A stretch of DNA of 64,000 nt from Eledone cirrhosa (lineage: Eukaryota): contig OZ024742.1 in NCBI GenBank assembly GCA_964016885.1, positions 347,944,001-348,008,000 on the forward strand. The letters are read 5' to 3'. Shown here piece after piece: positions 1-16,500 of this stretch; the stretch's first letter is position 1, and every line of letters starts with the position of its first letter. The notes below the pieces were generated by a model that worked only from the letters and a program-made list of their open reading frames with translations, ran no database searches and was not told the DNA's origin. A program made the position numbers and the translations under genes.

Positions 1-1434
1 TGAATTACCGTCCAATCTCACTCACCTCTCATATCATTAAGGTATTTGAGCGAGTGGTGAGATCGCGAATGACCCACTTCCTTGAGAGTAACAATATGCT
101 GAACTCCAACCAGCATGGATTCCGTAATGGAAGGGATTGCCTGACGCAACTACTGCATCACTTTGATGACATTTTGAGAGCCTTGGGAGAGGGTTCCAAC
201 ACTGATGTTATCTACCTTGATTTCAGCAAGGCCTTTGACAGGGTTGATCATAACATTCTACTGAGAAAGCTGTCCAATATTGGTGTCACTGGAAAGCTGC
301 TGCAGTGGATCAAGAGCTTCCTGTCAAACAGAACCCAACATGTTGTAGTTGAGGGAGTCAAATCAAGCCCAGCCAAAGTCAGTAGTGGAGTCCCACAAGG
401 CACTGTGTTGGGCCCACTTCTCTTCATCATCTATATTAATGACATCACTGACATCATCAAACACAGCAACATTAAAATTTTCGCTGATGATTCCAAGCTC
501 CAAAAGGTCATCAATGGCGTGGATGACCGGATAAGCCTTCAGTCAATGGGCAGAAAAGAACAACATGTTACTGAACGAGGACAAATTCGAACTGATCCAC
601 TTTGGAAAAGAGGATGCTCTGAAACTGCCGTACTCCCTTCCCTCCGGGGAAACTCTCGTGGCATCTAACAACATCAGAGACTTGGGAGTAACCGTGGACA
701 GCAACATAAGCTGGACCACGCATATAAGCAGCAAAGTTGACATGGCCCGCAGAATGTGTTCCTGGATCCTCAGAACCTTCCAGTCGAGAGATTCCCGCAC
801 CATTATCCTTCTCTTCTCTACTTTCGCCCGACCACACCTTGAATACTGTTGTCCACTGTGGTCTCCCCACACGAAACAAAGTATCATGAAACTTGAAGCT
901 CCTCAAAGGGCAATCACGAAAAAGATAGATGGCATGTCAGACCTTGACTACTGGGGTCGATTGGAAAACCTGAAACTTTACTCACTCCAACGTCGCCGTG
1001 AGCGTTATATTATCTGCATGATGTGGAAAATGTTCCATCATCACTGCCCAAATGATGTTGGCATCGCCTTCAAGATACACCCAAGGCTTGGGCCCCGTGC
1101 TATCCGTCCCATTCAAAAATCTAAATCGCAACTCATAACAACAATACGGCACAATTATTTCACCTCAATCGGCCCTGCTCTCTTCAACATCACACCAGGA
1201 CACGTCAAAACAGAAACTGACCACTCAAAATTCAAGAAGTCTTTGGACAAATTCCTCCAAGTAATCCCGGACAAACCACCCACACCCGGATATGTCTCCG
1301 CAAACAGTAATTCTCTTCTCGAATGGGCCATGGTGCCCAAATCCTGAATTGAAAGACTTCGCCAGGTGGTGCTATTAAGTTAGACATGGCCTGGGCCAAT
1401 ACTGGCCAAAACATTTCAAAGTTATTCAAAGTTA
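1..1434 (+). mobile_element. 3' part of a non-LTR retrotransposon (RT; CR1/L2-group-like, possibly Proto2), frameshifted; runs off the window start
   Basis: NYRPISL, QHGFR, YLDFSKAFDRV, GVPQGTVLGPLLF, FADD in ORF 54-668. Continues in ORF 565-1347 (RDLG, PHLEYC, LYSLQRRRERY) after a small deletion near 543. 3' UTR has a stem-loop and a (TTCAAAGTTA)x2 tail. Confidence 0.92.
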
Positions 1435-3826
<2,392 letters not shown>

Positions 3827-3908
3827 ATCTTTTACTCTTTTACTCTTTTACCTGTTTCAGCCATTCGGCTGAGGCCATGCTGGGGCACCGCCCTTGTTGC
3901 TACACATT

Positions 3909-6900
3909 TTATCTCCAGCCTGTATAGGTTGGCCACTGGTGTAGGAGGGAGTTTGTTGCTGCTGCCCTTAGGTTTCCCTCGTGTCTTGCTGTGGGCTCAT
4001 CCGGGATCCTGGATAACAAGGTGTCGAGATGTTTCTTAAAGACATCCACCTCCACGTCATGCAAGTCTCGCAGATGCCTCGGCAGCCTGTTGAAGAGTTG
4101 AGGGCCCTTGAATCCCAGGCTATTGCAATACCTGCTCCTTATTCTAGATGTGGAAGACGGGACCTTTGGCACCACACAGTGACGTCCTGTTCGACGGTTG
4201 GTCCAGCTCCCAATGCCAAAGTTTGGTGCTAGTCCCTCCAGGATTTTCCACATGTAGATCACTGCGTATCTCTCCCGTCTTCGCTCCAAGGAGTAGAGGT
4301 TCAGTTCCTTCAGCCTCTCCCAGTAGCTTGTCTCCCTCATCTTGGCAATCCTCTTGGTGTAGCTCAAGCTCTGTGGTTAGTTTGACACTATGGGGTGACC
4401 ACAGCTGGGAGCAGTAGTCCAGGCGGCTTAGGACAAAAGTCCTCCACAGTGTCAACATGGTGTCTCGATCTCTTGTAAGGAAAGTCCTCAAGATCCAGCC
4501 AGCGAATCGTCTACATGCTGTCGCCACCTTCATGATGTGTGAAGAAAAAGATGCATCATCGCTCATGTCTATGCCCAGGTCTCGTATCGATTTTGACACG
4601 GGGATATCGGTCCCTCCTGGTCCTGTGTAGCTGTGTTCCGCTATATTTGTGTTTGTGTTTGCAGGTTTGTATTGTAGGGCTTGGAATTTGCCAGCATTAA
4701 ACTGCATGTTGTTTTCTTCCGCCCATCTGTATATGGCATCCAGATCCTGCTGTAAGAGGGCAGCGTCAGCCGGGTTTTTGATTGCCTGTGCTACCTTAGT
4801 GTCATCAGCATAGCTAGTGAGGGATGTTGTTGCATGCACCACAGAGGGCATGTCCGAGAGAGCCACCAAAAACAGTAGTGGTCCCAGGACTGTCCCCTGA
4901 GGCACCCCACTTGTTATCGGTGTTTCCCTCGAGAGGGCCCCATTTGCTGCGACTGCCTGGCTTCTGTCCCTCAGGAAGCCATGCAGCCACTCACCTACTT
5001 TTCCAGTTATGCCGAGTCCGTGTAGTTTGTGACATATCATTCCGTGGTCGACCTTGTCAAAGGCCTTCGCAAAGTCAAGATATATCACGTCTACATGTGA
5101 GCTGTCTAGTAGCTGTCTCAGTACCCAGTCGTAGTGATGTAGCAGCTGTGTAAGGCAGCTTCTTCCTGGGCGGAAGCCATGTTGCGTGCTAGTCAGGCGG
5201 TCATTTTCTTCGAGGAAAGTGATTAGTTTCTTTCTGACGACTCGCTCCATGACCTTACTGATATGCGACGTCAGGGAGACTGGCCTATAGTTCTTGGCCT
5301 CCGCTCTACTACCTCCTTTATGGATAGGGCATATTGTGCCTTCTTTCAGCTCCCTGGGTAGTACACCGCTAGCCAAGGAGCTTCTGAAGAGCATCTTCAG
5401 TGGAGTTGCTAAGGCCCGCTTACATATTTTTAGGAGAACTGCTGGGAATCCATCAGGTCCAGCAGCCGAGTCTGTTCTAATTTCATCAATGGCGTACACC
5501 ACATCCTCCTCCGTTATGTCTATGTGGTTGATGGTTGCCATTTCTTGATGTAGTGTTGTGGCATCAAAGAACTCCTCTGGCTTCGTTATTTGCATGTGCC
5601 TCAGTGGACATGTGAAGACACTCTTGTACTGTTCGTTCAGTATTTCACATATCTCTTGGGGATTTTCGGTTAATGAACCGTCCGTGTGGAAGAGTGGTCC
5701 AATCTTGCAGTGTACTGAGGCAGTTTCTTTTGCAAATTTAAAGAAGGCCTTAGGGTTTGTTTTAATGTTTTCTATGGCCCTGTTCTCTTTCCTTGCCCTC
5801 TCATTCTCATGTGAAAGCTTGAGTGCAATCTCGGTGTCAAGTAGTGCACGTTTCAAATAGGATTCCTTCTTGTTTTGGTTTTGTTGACTATTCAACTGGT
5901 TTGAGAGTTTAGTTCTACGTCTCATAAGGATTTTCCTATCTCTGGGAATAAGATTTTTGTGTCTGTTTGCCTCTTTCTCCGGGACACACTTTTTGCATAT
6001 GGTGTGTATCGTTGTCATGAAGTGTTGAAATTGTGTGTTAGTGTCTTGTGTGGCGATGTTTGCACTCCATGTTTGCTTCCGGATTTCACTCTTAATCTTC
6101 TTCCAGTCAGCCCCGTAGAAGTTAAGGCTGGATAGCGTCCCGGAGCTTCTTGGTGGTTTTGTCTCTGTTGGTTCTCTTGGACCACATATCATTAGCTCTA
6201 CCAAGTTATGATCCGAGAGAATTGTTGGTGTCACCTTTACATTGTGGATGAGCACTTCGTTGTTTGTAAAACAGAGGTCCAGGACATTTTCGCCTCTTGT
6301 TGGGAGGAGTATTGCTTGCTCCATGAACAGCCTGTGTGTGAGGGCCAGCAGGGATTCCGTCTGTCTCTGTTCTATTGACGTCATTCCAGGGAGGAGGTGG
6401 CCCTCAGGCCATTTGACCTTTGGTAGGTTGAAGTCTCCCAGCAGTAGGATGTTGAGACCCTGGTCCAGTTTGTCAAGGACCTCTTCTATCCTACTTAGGC
6501 TATCCTCAAATTTACCCTCATGACTGGGGGCATCGGGCGGCCGATATGTGACACATATTACCGTCTGTAGTTGCTTCATATGTATTATCAGTGTGTCACA
6601 GACTGAGTTTGAATGTGTCAACAGAACAATTGGTGTGACATCTTCACGGATATACAGAGCAACCCCACCATGAGTTCTCTCCTTCCTGTCCGAACGAAAT
6701 ACAGTATATTTCGGTATATGTATTTCTGCATCTGCTATACTGCTTGTCAGGTGCGTTTCGGTTAGTGCCATGCATAGTGCTTGATTGCTTATGGCTAAGT
6801 CTCCCAGGTAGGAAATTTTACTCATGTTGCTGAGTTTCACCAGGCCCCTGACATTCAGCAGCAGCACTGGTGTGACTTTTGGGGTGCCAGTAATGGCTGT

Positions 6901-6936
6901 CGGTATGACACCTGGTCTGGTGTCAGCGGCGGCCAC
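3909..6936 (-). pseudogene. LINE ORF2 (APE endonuclease + reverse transcriptase) with one frameshift near 4365
   Basis: LLLNVRGL, LTETHL, GGVALY, GDFNLP, LDL, SDH (APE); NYRPVSL, YLDFAKAFDKV, GVPQGTVLGP, YADD (RT). C-terminus continues in ORF 4367-3909 (LYSLERRRERY). Confidence 0.93.
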
Positions 6937-7817
6937 TCTGGGTCCCTTAACTGCGGTGGTCTCGAGTGCTGGTGTGGATGACCCTGGCTCTGGAGACGAT
7001 GCAGCCAGGTCAGCTGTCCCACAATCTTCTCTGCCATCACTAAAAAATTTTTCTGATCTGCTGCTGCCATCTGTATCTCGTCGGCATGTGCGTGCCTTCT
7101 CCTTGTTGGTGCAGCACGCGCGACATCAGCATACTTCTGGAGCGGCTTATTTCGGCTTTGGCTGGGGCATGTTGCGCGAGTATGATGGGCATAGTTCGTT
7201 TGAGACCTAGGGTGGGCGAATCTGCATCCCATCCCTGTCTCTCCATACCAGCATGTCCCGTTCTTGAAAAACTTGCACATTACTTGGTGTTTTTTGCTCC
7301 CAGTGTCTCGGTGCTTTCTGTTCTTTCTTTGAACAGTTGTCCACTGGTCCCTCTGCGCTTGGTTCTCCTTCGGAAGGTGATTTCGCTTTTCACCTTTGCC
7401 CTTAGCTTGTTGGTTGCCCGGCCTGCCCTCCCTGCCTGTAGCGGAGGGTATATCATTTTCTTTCAGGTCCGTGCTTGTGCTCTCCTCCTTTTCTTTTTCC
7501 CTTTCCTTTTCCTCTTCCTTTTCCCTCTCCTTCTCCTCATCCCTCCCTTCGGTTTTCTCCTCCCTGAGGACACGGCTTAGCATCGCCATATGAGGCGCTA
7601 TGAGGACATACGCCTTCTCAATTTCTTTTCTCTTTCTCTCTATCTGTACCAGGGTCCTCATAAACCCATGGCTCTTCAGGTTCTCCGCCATCTTTTTGCT
7701 TGGTGGAGACCCATCAGCCATAGTCCACCCCTTGATCAAAACCGCTAGTTCAATCTTCGACCAGTTTCGCTGACTCCTGATTTCACATTTTTCCCATTTT
7801 TCCTGCATGCAGTCCAT
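6855..7817 (-). CDS. LINE ORF1, 320 aa: N-terminal Myb/SANT(trihelix)-like motif, charged linker, CCCH zinc finger
   Basis: Intact ATG-started ORF directly upstream of ORF2. WSKIELAVLI...MAENLKSHGFMRTLVQIERKRKEIEKAY; CKFFKNGTCWYGETGMGCRFAH. Confidence 0.8.
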   Translation of the reverse strand: MDCMQEKWEKCEIRSQRNWSKIELAVLIKGWTMADGSPPSKKMAENLKSHGFMRTLVQIERKRKEIEKAYVLIAPHMAMLSRVLREEKTEGRDEEKEREKEEEKEREKEKEESTSTDLKENDIPSATGREGRPGNQQAKGKGEKRNHLPKENQAQRDQWTTVQRKNRKHRDTGSKKHQVMCKFFKNGTCWYGETGMGCRFAHPRSQTNYAHHTRATCPSQSRNKPLQKYADVARAAPTRRRHAHADEIQMAAADQKNFLVMAEKIVGQLTWLHRLQSQGHPHQHSRPPQLRDPEWPPLTPDQVSYRQPLLAPQKSHQCCC

Positions 7818-8020
7818 TTCGCTGTGGAGGGGAGAAAGAGGGACAGTGGGAGGTGTAGAGTAGAGGTTAGAGAGGGACAGAGTGAGGGAGGGAGATAGAG
7901 ATATAACTCCAGCGAGAGAAAAAGAGAAACAGAAGAAAAGAAAAGAAAAGGGGGAGACAGAAGAGGGGAGCGAGAGAGATAGCGGGAAGAGTGGGGGGGG
8001 GGGTCATGGGGAGAGAGAGA

Positions 8021-8062
<42 letters not shown>

Positions 8063-8745
8063 CGTTGATCTAGAGAGAGGGAGAAAGAGAGCTCGTTGAT
8101 CGAGAGAGAGAGAGGGGGAGAGAGAGAGAGAGAGAGAGGAAGGAGAGAGAGAGAGAGAGAGAGGAAGGAGAGAGATAGAGACAGCGTGAGAGCGTGAGCA
8201 ACTGCAGTTCATAAATATAAAAATAAATTTTTAAATCTAAATTTAAATTAATGAATGGGAGAAACCGGAAACAGAGATATAGAAACACGATGTAAATGTC
8301 TGTTTACAAATATACGGAGTTATTGTAATATCAGCATATCATACAAGAAACAACGAAATCGGGTCAAATACAGATAAGATTATACAAAATCAAACAAGAT
8401 TATATCAAATTAAATTATGTTACTCAGAAATATCAAAATTAATACAAAATTGCTTAAGCTAAACCAAAATGCTCTGTATGAAACAAAAATAGAAAGCACG
8501 TGTGTGTGTTGTCTCCCATGAATGAATCATACAGTGAAAATAAACATGTTCAAAACGGTAATATATGTAAAATATACTTCAAAATAATTGCGTCAAAGCA
8601 CAAAAACTTATCTTTTTTGTGTGTTTTCCTTGTCCTCTGAAGAATTAAAACCATACATAAATCCGATTACTGTCGATTTAAAATATTAAAATTTCAAATC
8701 CGGAGAGACGACAATCCACGTCTTATACCAACAAGTGCCAAGCCT

Positions 8746-12132
<3,387 letters not shown>

Positions 12133-12157
12133 ATGATATATATATATATATATATAT

Positions 12158-12255
12158 ATATATCAAAGGTATATATTGAGTTAGAAACTCAAAATAGTCT
12201 CTTACAATTAAATAGCTATTTTGAGTTTCTAATTCAATATATACCTTTGATATAT
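12158..12255. repeat. About 40-bp near-perfect inverted repeat (hairpin)
   Basis: ATATATCAAAGGTATATATTGAGTTAGAAACTCAAAATAG ... CTATTTTGAGTTTCTAATTCAATATATACCTTTGATATAT with an 18-nt loop. Confidence 0.9.
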
Positions 12256-12427
12256 TCGGTTCCTTCAATTTGTAGAGCTAATTTAAATGTCGAGTAAACT
12301 TGGCTGTTATTTTTAGTAGTATGCGTTTATGAGACATACTAGGTTCTGATGCCATGTGCGTTATTTTATATACGCACACTATTCAGTCTTCTGAGATACT
12401 TAGAAGTGATATATATATATATATATT

Positions 12428-13500
12428 AAAAAAGCACTGTCCACCCTGTATGGTGATCTGGTGCCACAACAAAAATACCCAGTCCATCCAGTAAAGGCAG
12501 ACATACTGGTAACATGTCAAGCGCCCCGTCCACTCTGTATACCTGTCGTTCTGGTCACATGAGAAAAAAAAAAACAGGTAGTCAACCCTGTTATATGGTT
12601 ATTTTGGTGCCACAATAAAAAGCACACAGTCCACACTGTAACATAGTTAGTGTTAGGAAGGGTATCCAGCCATAAAAACCAAGTCAAAATACAGATCTGT
12701 ATGAGCAAGACATGGTCACCTCACCTGACTTGTATCATAATGTGACAATCTATGCAAGTTTGGAAAATAGACATTAACCCTTTAGTATTTACATTACTCT
12801 ATATTTACTATTGTATTTTCATGGTAAAGCCTTGATCTCATAATTATTTCACATAATATCGATCGAATCTATGAGATTTTGATATTTATTTTGAGAACAA
12901 TATCTTGGTGATATAGATATGAAATGCACCCAGTACACCCTGTAGGAGACAGGAAGGGTATCCAGCCATAGAAAACCTATAAAATAAAGGGTCAGGAAGA
13001 CTCATCAGCTGCAGCAAAGAGTTGAGAAGCTCATTAGTGCTGCTACACAATGGAGTGCAAGAATGTATATAAGCGAGATGCAGTCACCACGTCTGTCTAC
13101 TCGGCAGAGGAACATATGATCGCGAGTCACACCTCAATAAACATAATGAAAATTTGATACCTCGTCCATATTATTATATATACGTAAACGTCCACACTGT
13201 AAACGTGGTTGGTGTTAGGAAGGGCATCCAGCTGTAGATCACCTCTTAAAGAGGTGTTTCTGAGGAAGACGGCCGATTGAACAGGGATTTTGAGACTAGA
13301 AATTGGTAGTAACTTAACCACCACTATGCTAGTATATCAACCTCCATCTGAAGCGATCATATATGTAAGGCACCGAGTCCATTCTGTAAAGTTTAGTGTG
13401 GTGCCACACTAAAATGCAGCTAGTCCACTTTGTAAAGTGGTATTGCTCGTGCCATGAGAAAAGGCACCAAGTCCACCTTGCAAGGTGATGGCGCAGGTAC
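12428..13500 (+). mobile_element. Cluster of decayed RTE/SINE 3'-UTR remnants
   Basis: Repeated GGAAGGG(C/T)ATCCAGC motif (about 12656, 12952, 13218) and AAAAGCAC..GTCCAC.CTGTA units shared with RTE family A tails. Confidence 0.6.
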
Positions 13501-13520
13501 CATATATATATATATATATA

Positions 13521-16500
13521 CTAGCAGAAGTGCCCGGCGTTGCTCGGGGCTCGGCCTCTTCATTTTCCACCAATGGCAGCGAACGTTGTTACAAAAGTTC
13601 ATGCTTTGTGAAAACAGAATAGATGCCCTATGGAGGAAAGAGGGGGATTAAGCATGGGAAAGTAAATACGGGTAATTTTAAAAATATACAACAATAGCAT
13701 CTACTTACCATATGTCAGACCGGCAAGACTGTAGTGGTGCTGAATAGATCACAACACCTCCTTCGTAGAGATGTATCAAATGATCTGTTGCTTTTGAATA
13801 CTTTGTATTTGATGTATAATGTAATGGTGTAAAATATAATGGTGGGAGAGAGGAGGTATGTATTTAGTTTTATTGACTTTTTAAGTTGCGTTATTTGATG
13901 TAAATTGTAATGGCGTGTAAGAGATAGTTACGGCAGGTAATTAGTTTTATGCCTTTGTTTCATTGATCGATGTTATGACTACATTTGTTGTATAAAATGA
14001 TATGTTGCTTAGTATTCAAATTGTATGTTGCGATTCTGTTGTAGTTGATGTAAACTGTAATATTGAGAGAGGAGATGGAGGGGGAGATGTATCATGTACG
14101 TCGGACATAGAAGATGAGCATGATGCTGTGCTGACGAAGGGAGGGAAATAGCTGAGGGGATGCCAGGTGTTGGTGAAGTGTAAAGTAATAGCAGAGATGT
14201 TTGGGAGTGTGAAGTGCACTGCAGTGAAGGTTAACCTACACCTACTTAGAAACTACTGATGAAAAGGCAAAAATTAAAAAAATGTTAAAAAGTTATAAAA
14301 TTAGGAAGCGAAGTAATCCGATAAAACTTCCTTGTACACAATGTTTTGTGTTTTTCCTTGTGGAACGAATGCGAAAGCATCACTGTTGCTACCCACACGC
14401 GAGCAGCCAACGTAAAGCTGACCATGAGAGAAACATGGCTCACCCAAATGTATTCCCACCACAGACAGAGTTTGCCCCTGTGCTTTGTTAATTGACATTG
14501 CAAAGCTTGGCCTGACTGGGAACTGGGACCTCCAAAATGTGAAAGGTAGGTCTGCTCCTGATGGGAAAAGATGCATCCTCGGTATGAGCACAACGTTGCC
14601 TCGACCGCACCCTGTGATTATGGTGGCCTCAATCAGATTGGGAGATAAGGACTTAACGATCAAACGTGTGCCATTACATTGTTTCAGCGGAACCAAATTT
14701 CTAATGAGCATTATAGGGGCACCAACTTTAAGTTTGAGAATGTGTGGTGGTAGTCCGGGCGGCTCAAAAGAATTTAGTACCTCTATTGGATAGTTGATGA
14801 TGTCCTCGGGGTCAGGAGTTATATCGATAGAGTTATATACATAGCAATCCCCAGGAATGAGTTTTAGCATTTGATCGTTAATATGTTGAACAGTTTTATT
14901 CCTCGGGGCCAGAATAGCCCTTTGGCCAATCCAATCCATATTCTGATAATTTGCTTTTAGATCTGGGAACACTGCATCCGAGATCAGAAGGCGTATTAAC
15001 CACGGTACAAAGTGAGTCAATGGCAATATTACCCTTTTCATCCGATGGTGTTTTGCCTTCGCCAAGTGCAAGGAGGGTCTGAGAAAATGCTGCTGATGCG
15101 ATGTCACCTCGCATATGAGCATGCATGTTAGTGTGAAGTTTCAGAGTCTTCACCAGGGGCCACAATTTGGATGACTTAAGACACGCACGTACTGCATCAG
15201 CTCTAGTCCCCTTTGGAATAACGGGAAGTGTTTGCCTGAAGTCCCCTGAGAGGAGAAGTGTTATGCCTCCCATGGGAGCCGTAGAGTCTTTGATGTCTCT
15301 CAGAGATCTATCTAGCGCCTCAAGAGCACCTCTGTGGGCCATCGTGCATTCATCCCAAACGACAAGCTTGCATCGTCTGAACACTTCTGTCTGATCGGAG
15401 CTCTTACTGATGTTGCAAGTTGGTGTCTCAGTCTTCGCTAAGTCAAGCGGGAGCTTGAAAGTGGAGTGAGCTGTCCTGCTGCCTGGCAGCAAAGTAGCTG
15501 CAATTCCAGAAGATGCCACAGCTAAGGCAATGCCTTCTGTTCGCCTAATCTCAGCCAATATTAATTTGGTGACAAAGGTTTTCCCAGTGCCCCCAAGAGC
15601 GTCCAGGAAAAAAATCCCCCCAGCTTTGCCCCGGACAGAATTAACAACAGAGTTGTAAGCAAAATTCTGTTCTGGAAGGAGCTTTGGCTCATTCTCCGCT
15701 ATGTAGTGGGCAAGCTCGTCAACATTATAACATGTCTCACGCAGCAAATCCGAAGACAGAGTGTTTGCGCCTTCCCAGTTTGTAGAAGGTAGGCCATACA
15801 CTTGCAACGCACTACCGCCCATATTGAGAACAGTATCTTCAATTTCAAGCAGCGCCCTGTTGTAAATGAGGTCACTGTACTCGATTTCCATTGATGGATT
15901 TAGCACCCGAGCGTGATGCAGGAAATCTTCAGACATGTAATCTTTGTAGGTAATCCATACAGAGGCGGGATCAGCCAAGTCACACCATAGGAGTAGAATA
16001 GCGAAAAGTGATCTCAGTCTTTTAGGAGATTTTAACAAAACGCCCTCTGCCATTGTGGCGGCCCATTGTGAATCGTCCTCCAAAAGGCCACGCCTAAAGC
16101 ATGCTTCCTGGAAAGTATCACATAATTCAGCATTAACAGTTCTTATGTCCCGAAAGCTTTGTGGGCCGAAAACATCATGGAGGAGAAGGCGCAGGTGAAA
16201 ACACTCATGTTGGTTTGGAGGTACAGTGTACACTCTTCCTAGACAACTGTTAAACTTGGCACCAGGATGTCCTTCAACATCCTGACCCGACTTCCTACAC
16301 ACCCAAGTGTTGTTTGACCACACGTAGTAGGACGGGACCTGAGGGTATAAAAGTGTTTTGGCAAATGTGTCAAGTTGGCAAAGCTTAAAAAAACCAGTCA
16401 AAGTTGTTTCTTTAGGATTGGCCACCAATTGAGCAGCAGTCTGTTCAGAGAAATAGGCCCGCTGGCCATTTTCCAAATGAACCGCTAGTTGTATGATGGC

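Larger units (their letters stand above)
3827..8210 (-). mobile_element. Near full-length two-ORF LINE (same group as 1-1434); 5' boundary approximate
   Basis: ORF1 7817-6855; ORF2 APE+RT 6936-3909; 3' tail (TAAAAGAG)x3 at 3850-3827; CT-rich 5' UTR at 7830-8190. Confidence 0.92.
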
